Of a stretch of 64,000 nucleotides of DNA, positions 20,473 through 29,096 are shown piece by piece. The position numbers and the translations under genes are program-made. Positions within the stretch are counted from its first letter, which is position 1. Each line of letters begins with the position of its first letter. This DNA is from an uncultured delta proteobacterium. GTDB taxonomy: Bacteria > Myxococcota_A > Polyangia > Polyangiales > JAFGIB01. Below the pieces are notes generated by a model. That model was given only the letters and a program-made list of their open reading frames with translations. It had not been told where the DNA came from and did not search any database. The DNA lies in assembly GCA_963778655.1 (NCBI GenBank), contig CAVZVA010000005.1, positions 384,001-448,000 of the forward strand, in the 5' to 3' direction.

Positions 20473-21464
20473 AAGCGTCCTTTCATCGCCAAGGCCATGC
20501 CGTGGTCCGTGGGGGCGGCGCCGAAGCTCAGCGCGTGCTCGCTCTCACCGCTGCTCGCGTGCTTGCCCGACCAATCGGTCAGCAGCAGCGCGAACACGCC
20601 GGTTGCGGCCGCCGTGACACCGGTCGCGATCCACAGCACGGTGGTGACCGTCTGCTTGCGCTGGCCGGACTTGAGCAGGCTGTTGGCGGCGTCGTACTTC
20701 GCGGTGCACGTCTTGATCGGGATCGGGCTCTTGCAATTGTTCGAGTCGTTGGCCGCCTTTTCGAACGCATTGACCCCGGAATACATGTTGACGGTGTAGA
20801 CCGTGCTGGTGATCGCCAGCGCGACGGTTACGCCTCCGGCGATCAAGGTCACCAGCGGCGGCAGCGGCTTGTGGCCTGGCCCCGTGCCGGGGTGCTCGAC
20901 GTCAGGCGGCTGGGGCGGGGGCGGCGGCGCCTCGAATGCGAGGCTCTTGGTCTCGCCCGCCTGGCCGCTGACCTCTTGGTGCCGCTCTCCGGTCTCGAAG
21001 CCCGCGGTCACCTGGTGGCTGCCAGGATCGAGGAAGAACGAGTGCGACTCCTGCAACGTGCCGTCGGTATCGAGCGTGCAGCCGTCGCAGCTGACGTCCA
21101 CGCGCATGAGCTGCGGAGCGAGCTGGTCGAGGATGCCCTGCGCCACTTGCATGGCCGAAGCGTCGCCGGCGTAGTCCTGGGTCAGGCGCAGCGCCAGCGT
21201 CGCTGCGCGTGCCGCGTGACCCGCCTGCTGGTGCGCGCGCGCGGCCTGGATCAACGCCGGCGCGGCAGGCGACATGCGGTTGGCGGTTTCGAACCACTCG
21301 GCCGCCTTCTCGTAGTCACCCGACAGATACGCCGCCGTGCCTTGGTCGTATGCCTCGGCTGCAGCCTGGCGCTGGCGCGCATCCGACTCGGCTGCAGCCG
21401 CGCTCGACCACGCGCCGAGCCATGCCGCGAGCATGATGAGCAGGACGATCCGACTTGTTCGCAT
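20469..21464 (-). CDS. Secreted/membrane TPR plus PEGA-like protein, translationally coupled to the kinase
   Basis: Signal peptide; TPR-like 'AYDQGTAAYLSGDYEKAAEWFETA'; C-terminal TM pair; stop overlaps kinase start. Confidence 0.72.
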   Translation of the reverse strand: MRTSRIVLLIMLAAWLGAWSSAAAAESDARQRQAAAEAYDQGTAAYLSGDYEKAAEWFETANRMSPAAPALIQAARAHQQAGHAARAATLALRLTQDYAGDASAMQVAQGILDQLAPQLMRVDVSCDGCTLDTDGTLQESHSFFLDPGSHQVTAGFETGERHQEVSGQAGETKSLAFEAPPPPPQPPDVEHPGTGPGHKPLPPLVTLIAGGVTVALAITSTVYTVNMYSGVNAFEKAANDSNNCKSPIPIKTCTAKYDAANSLLKSGQRKQTVTTVLWIATGVTAAATGVFALLLTDWSGKHASSGESEHALSFGAAPTDHGMALAMKGRF

Positions 21465-21675
21465 AGACTCCACCGCTGCGCCCTTGGACACGGGTCCGAG
21501 CGGCCCTCCGTCAGTCGGGCCCTAACATACCGAATTCCCAGCTCATTTGTGAACCTGCCAGCATAACTGCTGACGCGCAAGCTCGCCAAAAGATCCCAGG
21601 GTGATCCCAAGTGCTGGAAATCAAATGGCTATGACGCGGCGCCGCGCACATTGGCTCACAGCGCCCGGGGCCGCC

Positions 21676-22779
21676 CTAGCGCGCGTGCGGGCTGCCGTGG
21701 CGCATCATCGCCTCGAGCTCGTCGGGTTCCTGGGAGCGCGCCAGTGCCTCGTCGCTCGTGATCAGCCGGCGCGCGCACAGGTTGAACAGCGACTGGTTCA
21801 TCGTCTGCATCCCGCTGGTGGCCTGGCCGGTCTGCATCGCGGAGTAGATCTGGTGCACCTTGTCCTCGCGGATCAGATTGCGGATGGCTGCGTTGGGAAT
21901 CATCACCTCGAGCGCCAAACTGCGTCCCGGCCCGTCGGCGTTCGGCACCAGGGTCTGCGTCATCACGCCCTGCAGCACGAATGAAAGTTGGGCGCGGATC
22001 TGCGACTGGTGGTGCGAGGGGAAGGCGTCGATGATGCGGTTGATCGACTGCACCGCGCTGTTGGTGTGCAGCGTGCCGAGCACGAGGTGGCCGGTTTCCG
22101 AGATGGTCAGCGCCGCCTCGATCGTCTCGAGATCGCGCAGCTCGCCGATCAGCACCACGTCCGGATCCTGCCTCAGGGCGTAGCGCAGAGCGTCCTTGAA
22201 GCTCGCGGTGTCGGTGCCGACCTCGCGCTGGTTGACCACCGAGAGCTTGTTGGGGTGCAGAAACTCGATCGGGTCTTCGATGGTCAGGATGTGAAAGCGG
22301 CGCTCGGCGTTGATCTTGTCGATCATCGAGGCGAGCGTGGTGCTCTTGCCCGAGCCTGTCGGCCCGGTGACCAGCACCAGGCCCGAGGGCAAGTCGGCCA
22401 GGTGCGCCACCACCGACGGCAGCCCCAGCTCGTCGAAGCCCAGGATGCGGAACGGGATCTGCCGGAACACGCCGGCCACCGCGCCGCGTTGCACGAACAG
22501 GTTGGCGCGGAAGCGGGCCAGGCCCTTGACGCCGAACGAGAGGTCGATCTCGTTCTTGCGCTCGAAGGCGATCTTCTGCTCCTCGCTGAGCACCGAGTAG
22601 CACAGGTGCTTGGTGTCGACCGGGCTCAGCGGCGCGGTCTTGAGCGGCAGCAGGGTGCCGTCGATGCGCAACTGGGGCGGGGTGCCGGTCGTGATGTGCA
22701 GATCCGAGGCGCCCTTTTCCACGACCGCGCGCAGAAGCTGGTGAAGGTTGAGCTGAAGCGGCTGGCTCGGCGCGTTCAT
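21676..22779 (-). CDS. pilT: Type IV pilus retraction ATPase PilT
   Basis: 'ASDLH', Walker A 'GPTGSGKSTT', 'TIEDPIE', 'ALRQDPDV', 'TGHLVLGTLH', 'AIRNLIRE', 'GMQTM'. Confidence 0.96.
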   Translation of the reverse strand: MNAPSQPLQLNLHQLLRAVVEKGASDLHITTGTPPQLRIDGTLLPLKTAPLSPVDTKHLCYSVLSEEQKIAFERKNEIDLSFGVKGLARFRANLFVQRGAVAGVFRQIPFRILGFDELGLPSVVAHLADLPSGLVLVTGPTGSGKSTTLASMIDKINAERRFHILTIEDPIEFLHPNKLSVVNQREVGTDTASFKDALRYALRQDPDVVLIGELRDLETIEAALTISETGHLVLGTLHTNSAVQSINRIIDAFPSHHQSQIRAQLSFVLQGVMTQTLVPNADGPGRSLALEVMIPNAAIRNLIREDKVHQIYSAMQTGQATSGMQTMNQSLFNLCARRLITSDEALARSQEPDELEAMMRHGSPHAR

Positions 22780-22876
22780 TTTCGGGAGCGGCGCACGCCG
22801 CTGCAGCCCATAAGGGTACGCAGCCGCAACCAGCTTCGCTAGTACAAGCTCTCATCCGGAGCTGGGCGGGTCCAGA

Positions 22877-22948
22877 TTCAACAGCAAGACGGGAAGGCGG
22901 GACGAGCCAAAAACCGTCTGGGCTTCCGTCTCCCGGCCTTCCTGTGGA
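22877..22948. repeat. REP-like palindrome, family A
   Basis: 'ttcaacagcaagacgggaaggcgggac...cttccgtctcccggccttcctgtgga'. Confidence 0.7.
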
Positions 22949-22997
22949 GACCTTTTGACTCCCTCTGCGCGCGTTTCTCGCGTCCGAGAGGCCGCGC

Positions 22998-24530
22998 TCA
23001 GATTTCCACCTTTGTCCACAGGCGCCTACGCATCCACTCGTGGGAGCGATCGGAGCGCCGCACGATGTGCGCAGCCGAGGCGGCGGCCAGTAACTCGCCC
23101 TCCAGGCCGAGTCCCGGGGCGACCTGCTGGTTGCACAGCAGCAGCCCGCGCAGGGGCGTCTTGACCGGCATCGCGCACACGCTCAGCGCGGTGGTGACCG
23201 GAAACGCGTGCACGATCGGCATGGTCTGCGGCCCGCGGCGCTCGAGCGGCGCCAGGCTGAGGTCCGTGGCTTGGTCGCGCGCCCAGGGCTTGCGCCCGTC
23301 GTGCGGCGAGTCTACCGCGATCAGGTGATCCTCGATGAAGGGCACCAGCTCGGCCAGCGCGGCGAGCACGCGCTCGCGCACGTCCTCGAGTGAGCCGTCG
23401 CGCTCTTCCACGCTGCGCGCCGGCAGCATGGCCTCGACGCACAGCAGTGTCTGCTCCGGGCCGAGGCTCGAGCGCTCCACGTGCAGCAGGTTCTGCGAGC
23501 ACAGCGGCTCGCTCAGGTCGGCCACGCCGAACACGTCGCGCTGCATGCCCTCGGGCACGCCCGCGCTGTCGATCACCACGTTGAGGGTGTAACGGTAGAA
23601 GCGCGGCTGCGGCTCGCCCAGCCGTTCGAACAGCTGCTCGAACGGGCCGCGATCGCTGAGCAGGCGTTGCAGCGAGGCGACGTCGACGCCTGCGATCACG
23701 GCGCCGGTGCCGATCTCCTCGTCGGATCCGAACAAGCGCACGCCGTGCACGGCGGAGCGCCGCACCAGGATCTGGCTCGCACGCTCGGACGGACGCAGCT
23801 GTCCGCTGTGCGCGCGGATCTTGTCCGCGAAGAGATCGCACAGCGCGGCCAGCCCCCCGTCCAGCCTGGTCGAGTCGCAGGCGGCGTTGCGGTACAGGCG
23901 GGCGAGCTGCAGCGTCGTGATCGAGCGCACATCCGAGTGCGCGGCGAAGGCGAGCGGTCCCAGGACCCCGGCGCGGTACGGGTGGGAGTCGGCCAGCTCC
24001 CCGAGCAGCTTGTCGCCGGCGAGCTCGCGCTCCAGGTCGAGCCTGGCCGCGAGCCGGGCGACCTCGCGGCGATCGAGCAACGATTCCGGCGGCCAGGCCA
24101 TCGGACGCTCGAACAACGCGTCGGTCGCCTGGGCGCGCTCGCGCGCGCGCCTGTGGAAGTCGAGGATGGGACGCTTGACCTCGGGAAACTCGCGCTCGAT
24201 CTCGCGGTCGAGCGCGGCCTCGTCGGCGGTCGCGTCCAGGCGGTGGCCGGGCAGTGCGAGCTGGAACGCGGGCTCGAGCGGCTGGGCGAGGCGTCGCAAG
24301 CTGAGGCCCAGGCCGAGCTCGCCGAAGATGCGCCGCGCCAGCGGTGCGTGCGCACCGGTCAAGGTGAAGGGGCGCCGCGGCAGCCGGTACGGCCCCAGCG
24401 CGTAGTCGGCCTGCTCGGTCTGCTGGCCGAGCACGGCCACGCGGAAGCCGCGCTTGGCCAGCAGCGCGGCGCAGGCCAGCGGCGCGAGATCGGTCCCCAG
24501 GACGATGACGTCGTAATAGCTCGAGCTCAC
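22998..24530 (-). CDS. FAD/NAD(P)-binding oxidoreductase-like protein (phytoene dehydrogenase superfamily) with a degenerate Rossmann motif
   Basis: 'YDVIVLGTDLAPLACAALLAKRGFRV', 'GGLAALCDLF', 'TPLRGLLLC...PGLGLEG'. Confidence 0.7.
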   Translation of the reverse strand: MSSSYYDVIVLGTDLAPLACAALLAKRGFRVAVLGQQTEQADYALGPYRLPRRPFTLTGAHAPLARRIFGELGLGLSLRRLAQPLEPAFQLALPGHRLDATADEAALDREIEREFPEVKRPILDFHRRARERAQATDALFERPMAWPPESLLDRREVARLAARLDLERELAGDKLLGELADSHPYRAGVLGPLAFAAHSDVRSITTLQLARLYRNAACDSTRLDGGLAALCDLFADKIRAHSGQLRPSERASQILVRRSAVHGVRLFGSDEEIGTGAVIAGVDVASLQRLLSDRGPFEQLFERLGEPQPRFYRYTLNVVIDSAGVPEGMQRDVFGVADLSEPLCSQNLLHVERSSLGPEQTLLCVEAMLPARSVEERDGSLEDVRERVLAALAELVPFIEDHLIAVDSPHDGRKPWARDQATDLSLAPLERRGPQTMPIVHAFPVTTALSVCAMPVKTPLRGLLLCNQQVAPGLGLEGELLAAASAAHIVRRSDRSHEWMRRRLWTKVEI

Positions 24531-24620
24531 GGGCGCGTGGGGGTCAGCATAGCAACCCTCGTCGCAGGTGGAAGTCGCCACGCTCGGCCTGGCCGCGAGC
24601 GCGCGGCCGTGGTCAGAGTG

Positions 24621-24789
24621 CTGGAGTGCATTTCATAAACCGCTCAACGCCCCCTTTCGGGCGGGACGAGCCCGGCGGCTGCGTTGCGCGACCTTGAAAT
24701 ACACCGAGTATTCCAGCGGTCGCGCGCCTTGCCGGCGGACCCGTCGCGCTCCGAAATCGAGCATTTCGGATTTATGAAATGCACTCTAG
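24621..24789. mobile_element. MITE-like element with terminal inverted repeats
   Basis: 'ctggagtgcatttcataaa' ... 'tttatgaaatgcactctag' (18/19 inverted match); its core is the reverse complement of the core of 32832-32997. Confidence 0.68.
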
Positions 24790-24853
24790 CGAGGCGCGCC
24801 TCGGACCCACGAGATACGCTGGTCTGCTCGCGTCAAGACCGGCTCTTAGGAGG

Positions 24854-24926
24854 ATTCAACAGGAAGACGGGAAGGCGAGAAGAACAAAACACTCGGGACT
24901 TCCCGTCTTCCCGCCTTCCCGTGGAT
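24854..24926. repeat. REP-like palindrome, family A
   Basis: 'caacaggaagacgggaaggcgagaag...cttcccgtcttcccgccttcccgtgg'. Confidence 0.72.
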
Positions 24927-24967
24927 CTCTTGGTCCCGGGCGGCTGCATTTCTGGACGAGAGCTAGA

Positions 24968-26002
24968 CTAGAGCAGCTGTACCCGCTCGGCCGCGCTGCC
25001 GACGTCGATCACCTCGCCTACGACCTGCGCGCGCTCCCCCGCGCGCTCGAAGGCGGCGCGCAGCGGTTCGGCGCGCTCGGCCGCGACCACCGCGACGAAA
25101 CCCAAGCCCAGGTTGAAGGTGGCGGCCATCTCGGCTGGCTCCACCGCGCCGCGCTCGGCGATCAGATCGAAAATGGCGGGCCGCGTCCAGCGTTGCAGGT
25201 GCAGCCGCGCGCCCAGGCCCTCGGGCAGCACGCGTGGCAAGTTGCCGGGCAGCCCGCCGCCGGTCACGTGGCAGTAGGCCTTGACCCCGCCCTCGCGCAG
25301 CGCGGCGAGCGCGGCCTTGCAGTACATGCGTGTGGGCCGCAGCAATGCCTCGCCCAGCGACTCGCCTAGCGCCTCGAGGTGTTGGTCCAGGCGCAAGCCG
25401 GCGTGCTCGAGCAGCACCGCGCGCGCCAGCGAATAGCCGTTGGAGTGCAGCCCGTCCGAGGCCAGGCCGATCACGGCGTCGCCCGCGCGCACATCGGCGC
25501 GCGGCAGCAGCTCGGCGCGCTCGGCCACCCCGACCACGAAGCCCGCCAGATCGTATTCGCCCGGCAGGTACATGCCGGGCAGCTCCGCGGTCTCGCCGCC
25601 CAGCAGCGCGCAGCCGGCGCGTCGGCAGCCTTCGGCGATGCCCTCGAGCACGCGCGTGGCGCGCTCGACGTCGAGCTTGGCGGTGGCGAAGTAGTCCAGG
25701 AAGAACAACGGACGCGCGCCGGTCGTGACCACGTCGTTCGCGGACATCGCCACCAGATCGATGCCGACCGTGTCGTGGCGGTCGGCGGCGAAAGCGATCT
25801 TGAGCTTGGTGCCCACGCCGTCGGTGCCGGAGACGATCACCGGATCGCGCAGGCCCGAAGGCAGCGCGCACAGGCCGGCGAACCCGCCCACCGACGCCAG
25901 CACCTCCGGGATCGCGGTCTGCTTGGCCAGCGGCTTGATGCGGTCGACCAAACGGTCGCCTGCTTCGATATCGACGCCTGCGCCGCGGTAGGTCAACCCC
26001 AT
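24968..26002 (-). CDS. purM: Phosphoribosylformylglycinamidine cyclo-ligase (AIR synthetase)
   Basis: 'YRGAGVDI', 'GTDGVGTK', 'GGETAELP', 'GLHSNGYSL', 'HVTGGG', 'TFNLGLG'. Confidence 0.96.
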   Translation of the reverse strand: MGLTYRGAGVDIEAGDRLVDRIKPLAKQTAIPEVLASVGGFAGLCALPSGLRDPVIVSGTDGVGTKLKIAFAADRHDTVGIDLVAMSANDVVTTGARPLFFLDYFATAKLDVERATRVLEGIAEGCRRAGCALLGGETAELPGMYLPGEYDLAGFVVGVAERAELLPRADVRAGDAVIGLASDGLHSNGYSLARAVLLEHAGLRLDQHLEALGESLGEALLRPTRMYCKAALAALREGGVKAYCHVTGGGLPGNLPRVLPEGLGARLHLQRWTRPAIFDLIAERGAVEPAEMAATFNLGLGFVAVVAAERAEPLRAAFERAGERAQVVGEVIDVGSAAERVQLL

Positions 26003-26266
26003 GATGCGGCGCACGCTATCGGATGCTTCCTGCCCGGTCAACGCGACGCGCCTGCACGCGAGGGCGCTAGTGCTGGTGCATCGGGTGATAAATCCGTTCC
26101 GGATTTGCGACCGATGCCAACCAAATGACCGATCACGATTCGGGAACGGCCACGCCGATCGGTCATTTAGCGGCGCGGCGGATGCCGCACCACCGCGAGA
26201 GGGTGAATGCGCGAGGCTTTGGCTCGCGCACAGGGAGTCGGCGCGACTGCCTGACAATCAAAGGAG

Positions 26267-26310
26267 AAATCAGAGCTTGTGATTCGATCCCGAATCGCGA
26301 GCTCTGATTT
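26267..26310. terminator. 20-bp stem hairpin just downstream of the PEGA gene stop (terminator-like or part of a larger element)
   Basis: 'aaatcagagcttgtgattcg-atcc-cgaatcgcgagctctgattt'. Confidence 0.45.
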
Positions 26311-26327
26311 AGTGCACCGCCGTCGTA

Positions 26328-27422
26328 CTAGTACGGGCTCTCCGACACGAAGCCTGCGCCTTTGGGTTGGGGCGCAGGCTTGGCCGGAGACGGGGCTCGT
26401 TGCACTGGGCGGGGGTGGTGTACGCGTACGTGTACGTGCCTCGGGCGTGCGGCGACGCGGATCTTGTCCAGGTGCACGTCCAGCGAGCGATCTTGGTCGA
26501 GGCTCAGCGTCACGTCGTGGCTGTGATAGCCCGACGCCTGTGCCAGCACGCGCATCCGGCTGCCCTTGGGCGCGTCGCCTTCGTAGGGATTGGCCACGCG
26601 CGCTCCGTCGATCAGCAGCTCGGCGTCGCTGGGGCTGGCGCTGACGCGCAGGTGCACCAGCGGTGTCGGCGGCGCGGCTGCGGGAGCTGGCGCAGCGGGC
26701 TCGGGTGCTGAGGGCTCAGGCACGGGCGGCTTTGCTTCAGGCGTGGCGCCGAGCTCTTGCGGCTGCGGCGCGGCGCTGGGTGCCGCAGGCGGAGCGGCAG
26801 CCGGCGCGGGCTTGGCATGCTCCAATGCGGGGGCAGGAGCGTGCGCCGGCTCGGGCGCGCGCGGCGCGCCCAGGCTGCTCATCAGGCCGAGCGCGCCGAG
26901 CAGCACGAATCCCGCGACCGCGCCTGCGGTCATCATCAGCGCGCGCTTCTTCTCCCTCGCTCCGGGCACCAGGCTGACATCGACCTCCGGTTCCGGCTCG
27001 GGCATCGCGGCGGGCAACGGGCTGAGCGGTGTGGGCACAGGGGACCGCGGCGCGCTGGGCGCGGCCGGCTCCCACGAAGGACGGAAGCTCGCCGCGAAGC
27101 GCTCCGCGTCGTCGACCGAGAGCGCGTCCTTGCGCGCACCCGCGTTGGGCTCGACGCGAGGCGCGGCGGTGGTGCCGGGCAGGGTGTCGTGCGCGCCGCC
27201 CGCAGCGGCGCCGCCGCCGGTACCGGCCCCATCGCCTGGCGCGGCCGCGCCGCTCGCTGCGCCGTCGCCGCCTGCGGGCGCCGTCGCCGTAACCGGCTGG
27301 CTCAACGATGCGTCGACCATGATGCTCGGCAGCGACCGCTGACTGGCTGCGCCGTCGCGTTCCGTACCGTGATCGCCTGCCGCCACCCCGGCTGCGCTTT
27401 CCTGCTCTGCCTTACTGGTCAC
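26328..27422 (-). CDS. Pro/Ala-rich membrane protein with a PEGA domain
   Basis: TM 'AGAVAGFVLLGALGLM'; 'LRVSASPSDAELLIDG...ASGYHS'. Confidence 0.72.
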   Translation of the reverse strand: MTSKAEQESAAGVAAGDHGTERDGAASQRSLPSIMVDASLSQPVTATAPAGGDGAASGAAAPGDGAGTGGGAAAGGAHDTLPGTTAAPRVEPNAGARKDALSVDDAERFAASFRPSWEPAAPSAPRSPVPTPLSPLPAAMPEPEPEVDVSLVPGAREKKRALMMTAGAVAGFVLLGALGLMSSLGAPRAPEPAHAPAPALEHAKPAPAAAPPAAPSAAPQPQELGATPEAKPPVPEPSAPEPAAPAPAAAPPTPLVHLRVSASPSDAELLIDGARVANPYEGDAPKGSRMRVLAQASGYHSHDVTLSLDQDRSLDVHLDKIRVAARPRHVHVRVHHPRPVQRAPSPAKPAPQPKGAGFVSESPY

Positions 27423-27678
27423 GAGGTCACGTCGGGCGAACGCCCTGCAGTCGCTTTCGGCACAGGGCGCGGCGAGCGATTACCGCGTTTCCCAGGCTCC
27501 AGTCTGACCGACCCTACCATTGGGCGCAAAGCCGAAAAAGGGTCTGAAAAATGCGTGCGCACGCCGCGTCACGGCGCCCGCAACGCGTGCGCATGGCTGG
27601 CGTGAAAACCCGGGTTGTGTGGGGTACGACCCGGCCGTGCGCCACAAATCCGACAGCTGAGCCGCGGTTCGTTAGGCT

Positions 27679-29019
27679 GTGGACGTGAGTGCGACAGCGC
27701 CGGCACAGCGAAGGCGGCTCGTCGATCGGCGTCTGGCTCTGGCCATCAGCGGGCTGCTGCTGGCGCTGACCGCGACGGGCTGCGACGCGCCGCAGGCGAG
27801 CCCCGACGGCGTGCCGGTCGCCGAGCGCTGGCCGGCGCGCGGCGAAGTGTCCCCGACAAATGATCCTGCGGACGGGTCGGCCGCAGTCGACGCCTCGCAG
27901 CAGCCGGCCCGCGCGAGCCAGGCCTCGGCCGCGCGTGCCGGTGCGCGGCCGGCGACGCTGGAAGAGATCGCGATCTACGGCGCGGGCGATCGGGAGCGCG
28001 GCCGGCGTGGCGGCGGAGATGTACGCGCCGTGCTGCGCTTCGACGGATTCGCGGTGTATCGCCGCAGCGAGCTGCCGGCCGACGGTGCGCTGCCGCGGCG
28101 GCTGGTGCTCGACCTCGACGGGGTGCGCATCGGGTCCGGCGTGAAGAGCGCGCTCTCGGTGGGCGCGGGCGGGCTCGCGCGCGTGCGCGCGTTCGTGCTC
28201 GACCAGGATCGCGCGCGGGTGTCGTTCGACGTGGGCAACGACACGGCGTACCGGTTGTTCTTCCTCAGCGACCCGTACCGCGTGGTGATGGACTTTCGCG
28301 GGCAAGACGCGGCGCCGCAGCCGCATCGCGGCCTGCAGATCGTGCTCGACCCCGGACACGGCGGCGATCAACCGGGCGCCAAGGGTCCGGGCGGCCTGCG
28401 CGAGGCGTCGGTCGCGCTCGCGATCGCGCGTAAGGTGCGCCACGCGCTGCGACGCGAGCTGCCGGGGGCGCGGGTATTGATGACGCGCGCCGACAACCGC
28501 TTCGTGTCGCTGGAAGAGCGCGCCGCGATCGCCAACGCGGTGGACGCCGACCTGTTCGTGTCGATCCACTTGGACGCCTCGCCCTCGCCCACGGATCCCG
28601 GCGGCGTTTCCGCCTACGTGCTCGACACCACCGACGACAAGGCCGCGCTGAGCCTGGCCGCGCGCGAGAACGACACGCCCGAACAGGACGTGACCCAGCT
28701 GCAGCTGGTGCTGGCATCGCTCTACCGCAAGGACCAGGTGCAGCGCTCGCTCGCGCTCGCCAAGGACGTGCAGCGCGGCGCGCTGCGCGGCGGGCGCGGC
28801 GTGCTGCCGCAACTCAACGACCGCGGCGTGCAGCGCGCCCTGTTCTACGTGCTGGTGGGCGCGCGCATGCCGGCGGTGTTGCTGGAGGCCTCGTTCATCA
28901 CCCGCCCCGAAGAGGCCGCGGCGTTGGCCACCGACGGCTACCGCCAGGCGCTGGCGGACGGCATCGCCGAGGGCATCGTCCGCTATGTCGAGCACGACCA
29001 GGCCCAGGCCCGCCGCTGA
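27679..29019 (+). CDS. N-acetylmuramoyl-L-alanine amidase (AMIN plus Amidase_3), lipoprotein
   Basis: 'VLDPGHGG', 'LEERAAIAN', 'FVSIHLDA', 'FYVLVGARMPAVLLE'; lipobox 'ATGC'. Confidence 0.9.
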   Translation: MDVSATAPAQRRRLVDRRLALAISGLLLALTATGCDAPQASPDGVPVAERWPARGEVSPTNDPADGSAAVDASQQPARASQASAARAGARPATLEEIAIYGAGDRERGRRGGGDVRAVLRFDGFAVYRRSELPADGALPRRLVLDLDGVRIGSGVKSALSVGAGGLARVRAFVLDQDRARVSFDVGNDTAYRLFFLSDPYRVVMDFRGQDAAPQPHRGLQIVLDPGHGGDQPGAKGPGGLREASVALAIARKVRHALRRELPGARVLMTRADNRFVSLEERAAIANAVDADLFVSIHLDASPSPTDPGGVSAYVLDTTDDKAALSLAARENDTPEQDVTQLQLVLASLYRKDQVQRSLALAKDVQRGALRGGRGVLPQLNDRGVQRALFYVLVGARMPAVLLEASFITRPEEAAALATDGYRQALADGIAEGIVRYVEHDQAQARR

Positions 29020-29096
29020 GCGAGCGCGGAGCGGCCAGAGGGGGTCCCCTCCCTGCGCTTGCTGGTCGGGTTTGCCGCCCTCATAATGCGCGCCGC

